Of a DNA stretch of 64,000 nt, positions 13,501 through 24,601 are shown in pieces (positions within the stretch are counted from its first letter, which is position 1; each line of letters starts with the position of its first letter). The translations under genes and the position numbers were made by a program. The notes beneath the pieces were generated by a model. It did not search any database. It had not been told where the DNA came from and worked only from the letters and a program-made list of their open reading frames with translations. The DNA comes from Bugula neritina (taxonomy: Eukaryota; Animalia; Bryozoa), in contig OZ037765.1 in the NCBI GenBank assembly GCA_964035545.1, forward strand, positions 28,829,504-28,893,503, given 5' to 3'.

Positions 13501-16500
13501 ATGACGTGGCATTGACTCACTTTTCAAACCTGGCGATTTCGTTCAGGAAAAATTCTTATGGTTCTAACATACTCACATGAGAAAACTAGGGAGTGTTTCA
13601 TGCAATCAAGTTTTCAAAAACAACATGTGTTTACACCTTTAACTGCCATCACCACAATATAATAGAAAAACCAGCTAATTACCCTGTCTAGTATTTTTGT
13701 TTTGCATCAAAACTGAGCAAAACAAAAGTACTGAATAACTTTATTCATGTTAATATTTAATTTACAGACAATAATAAGATTCAAGTTTTCTAGCTTTCAA
13801 TGTTTGATTCAGCACGATTTTAGAGCAATTTAAATCATTCAGTACATGAAGCTGTAAACATCGTTGTTTGTGACATGATTGTAGGTCAAAGTGAAAAAAT
13901 TCATTATATAAATATAGCAAAAAACATAGAATTAATTGACAAACAAATATCTATGAATAATTTTTCCTATAAAAATTGGAAAATTAATTATCAAGATGAA
14001 CTTTCATGTCGGTTAGAAGCACCCGATCCACTCAACAAATGCAGCTGAAAGCCAGTATTTACAATACCCAAAGTGCAATTTGATCGAAATACCATCAAAA
14101 CTTTAACCCACTTGTTCACTATGAACACTGAAATCTCAAAAGCTGTTAATGTATTTTATATCATCATACTTATTACACAAACAAGCCATCATAAAAGTTT
14201 ATAGCCTCAAATTAACTTTTTAGAAAACTCACTTCAAACACAGTTTTAGCTGCGTATCCTTGCACGTCATCTCTGTTGATAACAATCTGTATAACTCTGT
14301 ACCAAACCTCCTCACTCACAAAATCTCCGGCTATTCTAATGAGGTTAAGTATGATGTCAACGTACCAGGAATAATCCACAGCATACTTCTCTGCTAATAT
14401 TGCTACTTTCAACACCTGGAAATAAGTAACAATGCTACAACTACTTGCCACATGCATTTAGCTATTTCACAAACAAATTTGCAAAAAATTTGATTAATTT
14501 TAAAACTAAAGGAGAAGATAATATTTAGCCGTGTACTCCAACACAATTTAATTACATTCATGGTCTAATGGCCTATATACCAGTATTACGATGAATTGGT
14601 AGCCTCAAAAACCTGACGACAGTTCATTTTGAGCTGCAGTCTGAACAGGCCATAATTGCTAGTGCACACTCGTCACAAAAACTAAAGAATACCATAACCA
14701 AAAATATGCTGAAGATATCACCAATGTCACATAATCGTACAACTTATTGCCCCAGCCAACCCAACACAAAACCTACTAGTCCTCCTCACCATTTCCTCTC
14801 TGATAGAATAGTCCGCTGTCTCCAGATACGCCAACATTTCACCAACAATTTCTTCGGCATTGGTTCGATCACACATGGCATAGAGAAGGTCGACAGCACG
14901 CTGCCTGACACTGACGTCTCTTTCAGTCTAGAATAGAAAAAACATTTCCAGAACACTTTTCCACATGAGATTGCAGTAAAACATTTTTTAATACAACTTT
15001 CTGATAACAAAACCATTATAATAAATATGTAAATCAAAGACATGTGTTTAGAGGCAGTAGAACCGTAGCTGGAGCAGTACAACAGACCTTGAGTGCAAGT
15101 ATAACCGTCTCCAAATGCTTCTTCACAGCTTCATGAGAGAATTCTGATGTAGCGAGTAGACACATGCTTTCCAAAGCTAAATATCTGGAGCACAAAACAC
15201 AGTAGACAATGCACAAGGGCTGACAACTACCTAACTGACTAAACTTTCTGTAGAGAAAATATTGGTGAATAAAAAAAAGCTTGACATCATCTAGGTACAT
15301 GTATACTATATCTTTTTATAGCAAAAAATTAGTTAACCAAGTTTAAAAAAAGTTTAATGTAAGATGATGTAAGCTTGAGTACAGACTGAAAACTTTAAAT
15401 TAGATTTTGATATTTAAACACCAGTTAAAGTAGCAGAAAGATGTACCAGACATAAACAAGAGATATTTAAAAGCAAACTGATATCAATTAGATGCAAGAA
15501 AAACAAATTATCTTGGGAGTACTTTTTAGTTTAAAATAACAAGTGAATAGGCATTAAACTTAGAGAAGACAACTTTAGTAACTAACAATGTTCATAACAA
15601 GAAGCATGCCTAGTGGTCTTCAAGTTTGAACACACTACATAAACTATGAGCAAAAATGCTAATAAATAATACAACCATAGAAAATGAAATAATTGAAAGA
15701 TTTTCATTGCCCAATAATTGTGAAAATTTTCAAAAATACTTTTAAAATTAAAACTTTTTAATTTTTATTTCATAGTAGTTGACACATCAAACAGAAATAT
15801 TCTACAGCAACTTTCAAAATTTTTAATTTCGATCACTGAAGAATGAACCTTTTTAAACTCAAAAAGGAGTACATCTGCACGAGCAAATTTTCCGATTGCA
15901 TTGCATTACAAACCCTGAAAACATTTTTCGTCACAGAATTTTTCTCAACATCTATGTTCAGGCTTTTTGAGCCAAGGAAAGGTAACTCTTCATCCTACAT
16001 TATAAAAAGCTTGCAGTTTGACAACTAACCTAAGATTAGTCTCTCTGTGTTGCAGAAACTGTCCTAACTGGTTACAGGCTCGGACCAACAGATTAGGGTC
16101 ACTGTCCATGTGAATGATGAGATAGATTGCTTCAAACAGCACTGAATTCTTGGCATTGGAGTGCTGCACCTTCTTTGACTTGGGTGGCTCCTACAATATC
16201 ACAGCTACAGCTTAATTTACTAACTTTCCATTCATCCATTGCCACTGAAAGATGCCCCACTAAATCCCCATTCTAGTAAACTCTCCAGGTGACCATATTC
16301 AAAATTTGCAGTCACAATAATATGTATATAATTAATGATAGCAGCTTTGCCTCCAGTGACCACACTAAAGGACAAAGGAATCACAGCAGGCTATATCACC
16401 AAAGTAGAAGTTATGCAACCATAGCAACTAGAGCTAACATAGAGGTCCCATTTTCACTTATTAGTTTCACAGATACAAAACCTAGAGCAAGAGCAGACTG

Positions 16501-19500
16501 GGAAACTTTGGTATTTTACTCCTAGTAGTTGATACATTAAATTAATTAGTTTACATAATAAATTCCTTATTAACAACTTGTATTAGCAGACTGAGTTATA
16601 GATTCATTTCGAGTCAATGGAATAATTTCATTTAGTCTAACATGGCCAATGATATTCAATTACAGTTTGAAACTCAATAAGTATTTCAGCAAACCTGAGC
16701 CTTGTTGAGAATAGTTTCAAGGCAGTCGGTTAACCTTGTTCGTATCGATGGATCTTCAGGAGGGGGATAATTCTGAAGCAGCCTCAGCAGTTTAACAGAC
16801 AACCATGGTGCTGGCACAAAGTAATATGTATAATCTTGCAGATCTGTGTAGGACGATGTTACTATCTGTAAACAAACAACTTGTGTCAAAAAAAAAACAA
16901 ATCATAGAATACACAGTTCAGATATATATTTATATAAATGAAAAACCCCCAACAGAAGAATTTGCTATTAACATAAAGCTATACCAGGCAGCAAATAAAT
17001 GAATAAGGTTTAAGGAGTTGTCTAGAATATTCCCAACATGTTTCAGAGAACCCTTGGTAGTAGTAAACTATTCAAATTGATTAAAACACCAAAAAAAGAG
17101 TTCACAATATACAAGTCTTGCTACTTTCAGATTTTAGAAGCTTTACACAACATATAAATAAAAGTATATTTCTAAAATCATATTTTAACTGCAACACCAG
17201 CAAGTGAATTTTCTGGATCGGATGAGCTAAGTTTAATTTAGCATTTAATCAGACACCATCAGTTGAAACATTCAACTACATAGCAACAAGTACAGTGTTC
17301 TAGTGTCAAATTAGCTTGACAGATTCTCATGAAAGCCATTTGCTCATATGATGGTGATTATACACTAATTATGTCAATATGCTGGCATATATTGTTACAA
17401 AGACATGGTGATTGATGGCTCACATGTAGAAAAATACTGTTCAAAAATTATAAATATGCAAATTGATGATAGCAAAACTATTTATATTAATACATATAGC
17501 AGAACATTTCACCAAAATAGATAAGAGGTTCTGTGAAAGTTTTTTTTCCCTAAAATAATACATTGCAAGTTGAAGGTATAAGAAAAGGGCTTGAGAGAGA
17601 GACCTAACACCGGTGAATAAAATATGTGAACTTCACACCCGATAAGCTCTCTATCAATATTCCCACAATTAAATCTGCTTTCCACGCCACTTCAAAATAT
17701 ATAAAAGAGGAGTCTTTTTAACAAGTGCTTCAGCAGAATGCGTCTAGGTCAAAGCATAGATGCCACTAGAAGAACTAATAAATTAGTAGATCAACAACTT
17801 CCTTTCAGTGACTTTGTAAGAGTTATGTCCACCTTAGCAGTCTAAACAAAGTATTTGCAGCTACAAAACCCGTACACCTGGGGCTGACCTGGGGTGATAT
17901 GAAAGTAGCTGATTAGCATTGCAAGTACCCCCCTTCCTCCTCTCCTCCCCCACACAATTATTTATTTAGACACGTGAAGGCATGACACACTCCAAGCTAG
18001 CAGTGCCAACAAGTAACTAGCCAAGTCTAAGCTAAAAATTAATGTGAAACTTACTCTGCTCAACCTGCTCACTGCCAATTGCACACAACCCTTGTACTCA
18101 TCCGGGTGCTTCTTAACCAGACACTCTATGAGGCTAACAGCTGCCGTCACCACCCCCATATGCTGGTCATTGAGTAGATGCACGACCCTGGAGGCCCACT
18201 CCCCCATATGGATGACATCTGGTGAGGTCCGTATCAGCTTGAGCAGCGTAAGGGCAGCGCTTTGCTTCACAGAATCTATGGTGTCACTGTAAGCAGCACA
18301 ACGTAGGGTGTTATTATACATATATTACTACACATGGAGGTCTATGATAGCATAAACTGAGCTCAACACTGTGTTTGAAAGAGAGGAAGAGAGTAAATAT
18401 TACATTACATGTGTCTAGAGGTTAATAAAAGTAGTTAGTGTATTGTAAACTGATATACAACTTCCCCACAAATAACCAGTTCAATAAATGCAGTAGCAAA
18501 TTATTGATGGGCATTAATCAGAGTGTGTGAATAATTAAGCATCAACCCGACTACTCTGAGATCAATAATAGTAACATCACATTGACTTAAGCAGCTATAA
18601 CAAGTGCAAAGCAAACAAGTTACAATGAGACAGTAAGTTGTTATGTGAATGGTAAGTTGTCTAAGTAACAAGCTGTAATAAAGTTAATAACAGGTTATAG
18701 GAACAAAATTTACTTCATGCAGTTGTGACATAAGAATAACAAACTAGCGAAAGTTGAAAAGAAAAACTAACCCAGAAACTAAGACTTTTGGTATTTCGTT
18801 GCCCAGACCCTCGGCCATCTCTCGACTACCGATATTTGCAACACACTGCAGAGCTAGACAAACGTGTACAGGATTTCTGGCATGAAGGTCATTTTTAATA
18901 GCTTGGATCACCAGTTTCATGAGCTCATTGTTAGCCCCAACCAACACTGATATAAACAAGTACCCCTGTGAGACAAGAAACATACATCTCATAATCATAT
19001 GTCTGATAATTACAGTTCTAAACTGTGAACAACTCAGACTGCAATGATTTAGTGTTAGATTGTTATAATGATTAAACCAAACATCAGTTGACAAATTTCC
19101 AATATCAACAAACCGCTAGGAAGTATATACTTAATAATGTACGATTTAATTAAAGTTACATCATTCTAGAAGGTAAACCTACAATCTGCTTCTCAGTGTA
19201 CTTGTTGGAACTCAGCAAATTGACGGCCTCCATATGGCCAAAATCGATGTCATGACCCAACAAAAATATGAACAACAGTTTGCAAACATATTTCTTCTTC
19301 TGGTAGCCATCTAGCGTCTTGTCACCTAACATAAAAAGAGCTGAATAAGTAAAAAAGTTTGTATGTAAAAGATAGGAGTCTAAAATGAAACTTGAATAAA
19401 ACCAAGTATTTTTAAATGTCTCAAACTGAAAGTCAACAAGTGAGAGTTTAAACCTACCTTTAAACTTTGACCTAATGTTAGCTAACTCTTTATTAATCCT

Positions 19501-20488
19501 TTTAACCTCAGCTTCCTTGCTCTTACCTTAAAAAAATATGTAAACATGTGAAATGTAACAGTGCTTAGATGGAAGAAAACAATCAAACAATACAGCATAT
19601 CACAGACTTTGTTTTTGACATGATTGATCAATATATGTTAAGGATATTTTATATTCACACTTCAAGCAATCATTGTAGTTCAGCCAAATGTGCTGTGAAT
19701 GAGTTGATATGACAACTGGGAAATTTGCAATAGCTGACCTAAATCACTACAACTCACTTCTAGAAGTGTGTTGCTTTGTGGTTATGTTACTTTGAAATTT
19801 CCAATTTCAATTAAAGCAAATGCACTATAAAGAGTGTTGTTGTTTATGAGTATACAATCTGCAAGTTTAAATTGTTTTGAAGTTCAAGATGGTGTATTCA
19901 AAAAGTTTTACTTGTTAAGATACTTCTCAAAACACAGGTGTCGTGAATGGTTCAGAACTGTGGTTGACATACTGTATTCAGTTAAAATATAGTCTTATAC
20001 ACAATGTCAAAGCCATATTGGATAGTATTTATATAGTTTAGAGCAAGGCTGCCCAACAGGCTGCCCAACAGGCGGCCCCAGGGCTGAATACGGCCCCCCA
20101 GCCTACATTTATATAATCCTCAAAGGCATAACAAATAAAGTTATTCTGTATCCATATATGAATTAGTGAGGAAAAAACCACCTCTTAAATGTTTTATTTA
20201 TATACATGCTAAAAATTCAGCCTGCAGTAATTATTGGGACTTCAATGTGTAATGATTCATAGGAATTTCCAATAAGTAATTTAAAAAATACTGATGCTGT
20301 GGCCCCCAACTCAAGCTAAATTTTACAATGTGAAAAGGTTGGACACCCCTGGTTTAGAGTCTTTACTTGAGCCATAGATTTGGATTAAAATTATAACATA
20401 TAGTTATAAATTAAATTTGCTTACAATTTCTAATATCTGATATGAAGACTGCAAGACCACGCATGGAATCTCCTTTCACAGTCGGCAT
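4551..20488 (-). CDS. AP2A: AP-2 complex subunit alpha (alpha-adaptin), 19 coding exons, 942 aa
   Basis: Exons 20488-20425, 19526-19458, 19325-19183, 18965-18772, 18286-18055, 16865-16695, 16190-16030, 15184-15088, 14927-14790, 14415-14233, 13251-13154, 12836-12707, 8408-8307, 8179-7994, 7279-7116, 6701-6515, 5670-5444, 5259-5055, 4628-4551. All introns GT-AG, phases consistent, sum 2829 nt. Diagnostic peptides [51 protein letters not shown] and C-terminal [25 protein letters not shown]. Confidence 0.97.
4668..4860. repeat. 20-bp minisatellite, about 10 copies (CACAGTTCTACASTRCAMCR), in the last AP2A intron
   Basis: Head-to-tail units such as cacagttctacactacaaca and cacagttctacagtgcacca, decaying to the right. 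Confidence 0.95.
5725..5915. repeat. Degenerate AT-rich repeat built from TGCATTATTAGT-like units in both orientations
   Basis: tgcattattag recurs near 5741, 5885 and 5902, with variants in between; the reverse complement actaataatgca occurs near 5824. Confidence 0.6.
8449..8579. repeat. Three tandem copies of an approx. 43-bp unit (AGCATGTCTYYACTCTSTRCAAGGYCACCTTGTCAG)
   Basis: Three near-identical direct copies next to the AP2A exon 13 acceptor. Confidence 0.9.
20044..20351. mobile_element. Non-autonomous hAT (Charlie-like) MITE, 308 bp, in an AP2A intron
   Basis: Perfect 8-bp TSD GTTTAGAG at 20036-20043 and 20352-20359. Imperfect 14-bp TIRs CAAGGCTGCCCAAC / GTTGGACACCCCTG (revcomp CAGGGGTGTCCAAC). 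Subterminal GGCCCC motifs; GC-rich against the AT-rich intron. Confidence 0.9.
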
Positions 20489-20809
20489 GGCTAAACCTAC
20501 ATATAAAAAAGAATGCTCAAAAGTAACAAAACAGTAGTAGGCATTGGAGCATACATTGTACATAAAATTGATTATAAGTATCATATACGTTGAAAAAATC
20601 TTGTGTTTAATTTAGGGTCCGGAAATCAACAGCACCATGTTTATTACCAAAACTGGTAGTTTATACCTGATGAAACTCAGTGTTGATTCTATACAAGTGT
20701 GTAATTTTTGGCAAAAACATGTTGAACAGGATTTATCATGATTTCTTATTTAAGAAATGCTCATTAACTTATACAAATATGGTAATAATCATATCTATGT
20801 AACTATAAA

Positions 20810-21565
20810 AATCACTGTTATACTATTACTCATTGGCATACTGAAAGTAAAACCCAAGAGCTTACTATTAGTTTAAGATACTGATGCTATTTCAAATTTA
20901 CTCTTAATCTACATTTTACTCATACAGTTATAACTATCTTAAATTTATAGTCGAACTAATAGTAATACTAATACTTAAATTTGCTAATCTTACCTAAACT
21001 TACAGTTACTGTTGTTCTTATACTTATAGCTATTCTCAGAGTCAGACTGGGACTGTCAAAGTGATACTCTAAAGGCAACCTTAATGGTTAATTTCTGAAA
21101 CTGGTGCTTAATCTCATACGGATACTCATAGTCATACTCATACTGGTTGGTGGTCTAGCAGTGATAGTCACATTCAGATTCGGTGTAATGGTGAATCAGA
21201 ATCACTTGATTCACTATAATACTATGAAAATCTAATAAAGTAGCATAATTATTTTCAGTTTTAGCTTGGCCTTAGGATAGTCATAGTGATAATCATAATA
21301 ATAATGACACTGAGTTCATCAAAATGACAATCACAATGTGAATGTCACTTTTAATATGAAGGTCAAAGTGAATGCTTAACTTAAACTCGAAGTAAAAGTG
21401 AATCAGAATGACTATGAAAATCAGAATGAGAATTTTTTGAACTTCATCAAAATGAAAATCCGAATCTCAATTTGAATCACTGTCGGTGACATTGAATTTC
21501 AATTTGATAGTCATAGTGATTCAGATTGACTTTGAGATTCTGATCATGCTATTACTAATACTTGT
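20810..21565. repeat. Degenerate hexamer-periodic array (ANANTN / ANTNTN) in the AP2A 5'-UTR intron
   Basis: atactc-atagtc-atactc-atactg (21122-21145); atagtc-atagtg-ataatc-ataata-ataatg-acactg (21277-21312). Confidence 0.8.
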
Positions 21566-21689
21566 ACATATGTTAATAAGCCAAAGCAACATCTTTATTT
21601 TTTACTACAATGCTCAAACTGTTTAGCCGTTAGATTGCCATTAAAAGCCAACACACAGCGATCAAATATTAATTACTGAATAAAAAGCC

Positions 21690-22020
21690 GGGAGAACTAC
21701 CTTGAATCAAAATTCAGGTTCTTGTTTTCTTCCATGTATGTCGAGCCCTCCAATAAACTTTCATATCCGCAAATAGTTTATGTGGGTCACAAACACCCCC
21801 TATTGTATGAGAGTCTACTCTAAACAAAGTAATTTGTATAATTAAAACAAATCAAAATTTTTTAATTTTAAAATAAATAATATTTAAAATACTTTTGAAA
21901 AATTACTTTGGAAATAAGCAAAACTTTTTTTGAGACTCAAATAGAGCTTGATACCATAACAACTACACCGGAAACGCGTTACATTCAAGCATTTAGCTTG
22001 TTTCAGGTGGGCAAGTTGAA
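21690..22020. promoter_or_regulatory. Probable bidirectional promoter and non-coding first exons of AP2A (-) and the DCDC1-like gene (+)
   Basis: Both ATG-bearing exons are preceded by splice acceptors (20497-20498 minus, 24587-24588 plus). Candidate donors at 21699-21700 (minus, AAG|GTAGT) and about 22007 (plus, CAG|GTGGG). Local CpG cluster, CCGGAA core at 21968 and X-box-like GATACCATAACAAC at 21950-21963. TSS positions are inferred. Confidence 0.6.
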
Positions 22021-22139
22021 GTTTTTTTTCTAACAGTAATAAACCCTACTAATATCTTTAGCTGCAATTTAAAAACTTTTGGAACACGTCAACATTAGAT
22101 TGAGTTACAAAATATATTAAATTTTGTGGTTTGGTTAAG

Positions 22140-22505
22140 TTTAGCTTAGACAAAAAGTCAAGCAAGACTTCACTTTGAGTTTGACTTTAAGTTTGACTTG
22201 GTCTTGTACTTTTACTTATAATTTTAAATTTTAGACAAGTTGAAGTTACTTATAGTTTGAATATCACAACCATTAACGTTATTTTAAACTAAATTTAACT
22301 ATTTAAATGCAGATTGATTTGCAAGTTTTTGAAACAAGTTTGTTATTTTTATGTTTATTTAAAAATATCTATATAGTTTAACATGGATCTGCAAATAGTA
22401 TTACTATTACTATAACTATTAGTTAACGTTATACTTATGCTCAGTTATAGTTATAGTTAGACTTGGTCAGTTAGTGTTACTGTCAGTGTTATACATACTC
22501 GCATT
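22140..22505. repeat. Degenerate hexamer-periodic array in the inferred DCDC1 5'-UTR intron
   Basis: cacttt-gagttt-gacttt-aagttt-gacttg (22171-22200); agttat-agttat-agttag-acttgg near 22443. Confidence 0.7.
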
Positions 22506-24601
22506 TTAATTTAGTTGTTGAAGAACAATTATAAATTGGTAACTATCTTTTTGCTTTTAATTTGTGGTTAATATTGATAAATGATTACAATTTAGGGGTA
22601 AATATTTACTGCCTAGGGTCAATTAATTGAATGCAATGACCGTTGGTTTTGTTTTGAAAAAACGTAAGCATTATATATAAATTAGAGTGGATTGTCGATT
22701 TACATTAAAGTTCTGCCATATATCTTATAAGTATTATTTGCTACGAATATTGAATATGGAACATCAAATTTAATAGCTATGAAATTTGGCTTGCTTGAAT
22801 TTAAAAAATGCTGGCAAACTATTTAAATTGGTCTAGTCAGGCCAAATTGATTTAGTAAGCAAGAGAAATTCAGTTAATAATTTTAGCTAGTTGAGTCAAC
22901 ACCAATTTTATGTTGATTTCCCAATATTAGTTATAACAATTTATGACCCAAGCTCAAATTATGCTACTTTAGTTTATGAAAATAATACTGTTAGCTTAAA
23001 CTCAATTAAATTATTTAATAATAGTTATAGACTACTTGAGTTTTCTATATTTTGTTGATAAATAATAATTATAGCTACTACAGAAAAGCAATTATGATCA
23101 TGATATCCGTTCAAATTATTTTTATAGTCATGGTGACACTTAACATGTTTTATACTTGGTATGATTTAGTCAGTCTTTGAACCAAAACATATTTAATGTA
23201 AAACAAATAGAGAAAATTAAAACTGTGCACTAACAACAGTATGGTTATGAATAATAAATAAGGTAAGGATGATTGTAATTTAATGACCACACTGGAAATA
23301 ATAAAATAAATTTTTTTGCAATAAGTAATGTTGGTTAGTTGATTGAATAAAAATTAAAATCTGATAGTTATAAACTTACACTGCTTAAATTTAGCTTTAG
23401 TCCAATTCACTCACATTGGTTGAAGGCCAAAACTATAATATAACTATCAATATGGGTGTAGGTGTTTGTATTGTTAGCTTTGTTTTATTTTTTGCAGTAA
23501 ATGTTACTATAATTATTTACTACTTTATGGTTTAGAATTGTTACTTTCTATAGGCAACAAAAGTAATTTAGAAAATTAAATTACAATCTGCTGTTAAAGT
23601 GTTGTATAGAATAGGAATAAAGTGATTTGTCATTGTAGGCATATTATGCTAATTAAGCCTACCCTTAAGTGACACAATTTTGAGTTTATTTACTTTACCT
23701 GTACAATAACCAAAGTGTTTTCTGCCTTTTCTAGTAGGATATGCATGTTTTCTAACTAAGTATGCATTTTGTTAAATATTTATTTGTTGGTAGAAATCCT
23801 GCAATTCGAATAACTCGTATGCAATTTCAAAGTATTTCTTGTATACTCAATGTTCACATTAATCTCAATTTATAAAACTCATCTATAAGAATGATTATGT
23901 TAAGACTTGCCACGTTTTTTGTGAGTTGGCTATTAACTAAAATTTTTCCAAGTCTGCTTATTTTATAGTTAATAAACAACACCATAAAAGCAAGAACAAG
24001 TTACCTATGTAGTGCAAGCATAGTCAACTCTTGCTTTTGGAAAATGAAGTAATTTTTTTTTCAAATGTTAATTTATGCACAAAAACAAATAATGAAATAG
24101 AACAGTCTGCTGAAGTGTATTGATTTGTACTGAGTGTAAATAATACAATAAGCAAATGAAAAGTTACATGTAAACTGGCAGCTCTGATGGAACCAATCTC
24201 AAGTTCAGTTGGCAATTGTGTTGAATGCGTAATATTTGTAGACAGTAAATTTTAAATATTAAGCATATTTAAACAATACATCAGTTTTTCTGATGTCACA
24301 GCTCCAGTAAATCAAGTTTTCTCTAAAGATTCCATTCATGTACATGCAGTATAATTGTTATTTTATTCAGCTGTTATTAAATATTGTTAGAGCATGGTTT
24401 TTTTTATTAAAAATCAAGTTTGCAGTAACAATAATGATTTAAGAGCTGGTCATTTGTAATAGTGAGTAAAAGTATCATACCATTTGTACAATTTTTTTTG
24501 AATACTCAATGAATTTAAACACTTTTGACAATATTGAAATTTTACATACTTTCATTTTAAAGATATTAATTTATGTGAAAATTTATAGGAATTCACACAG
24601 A

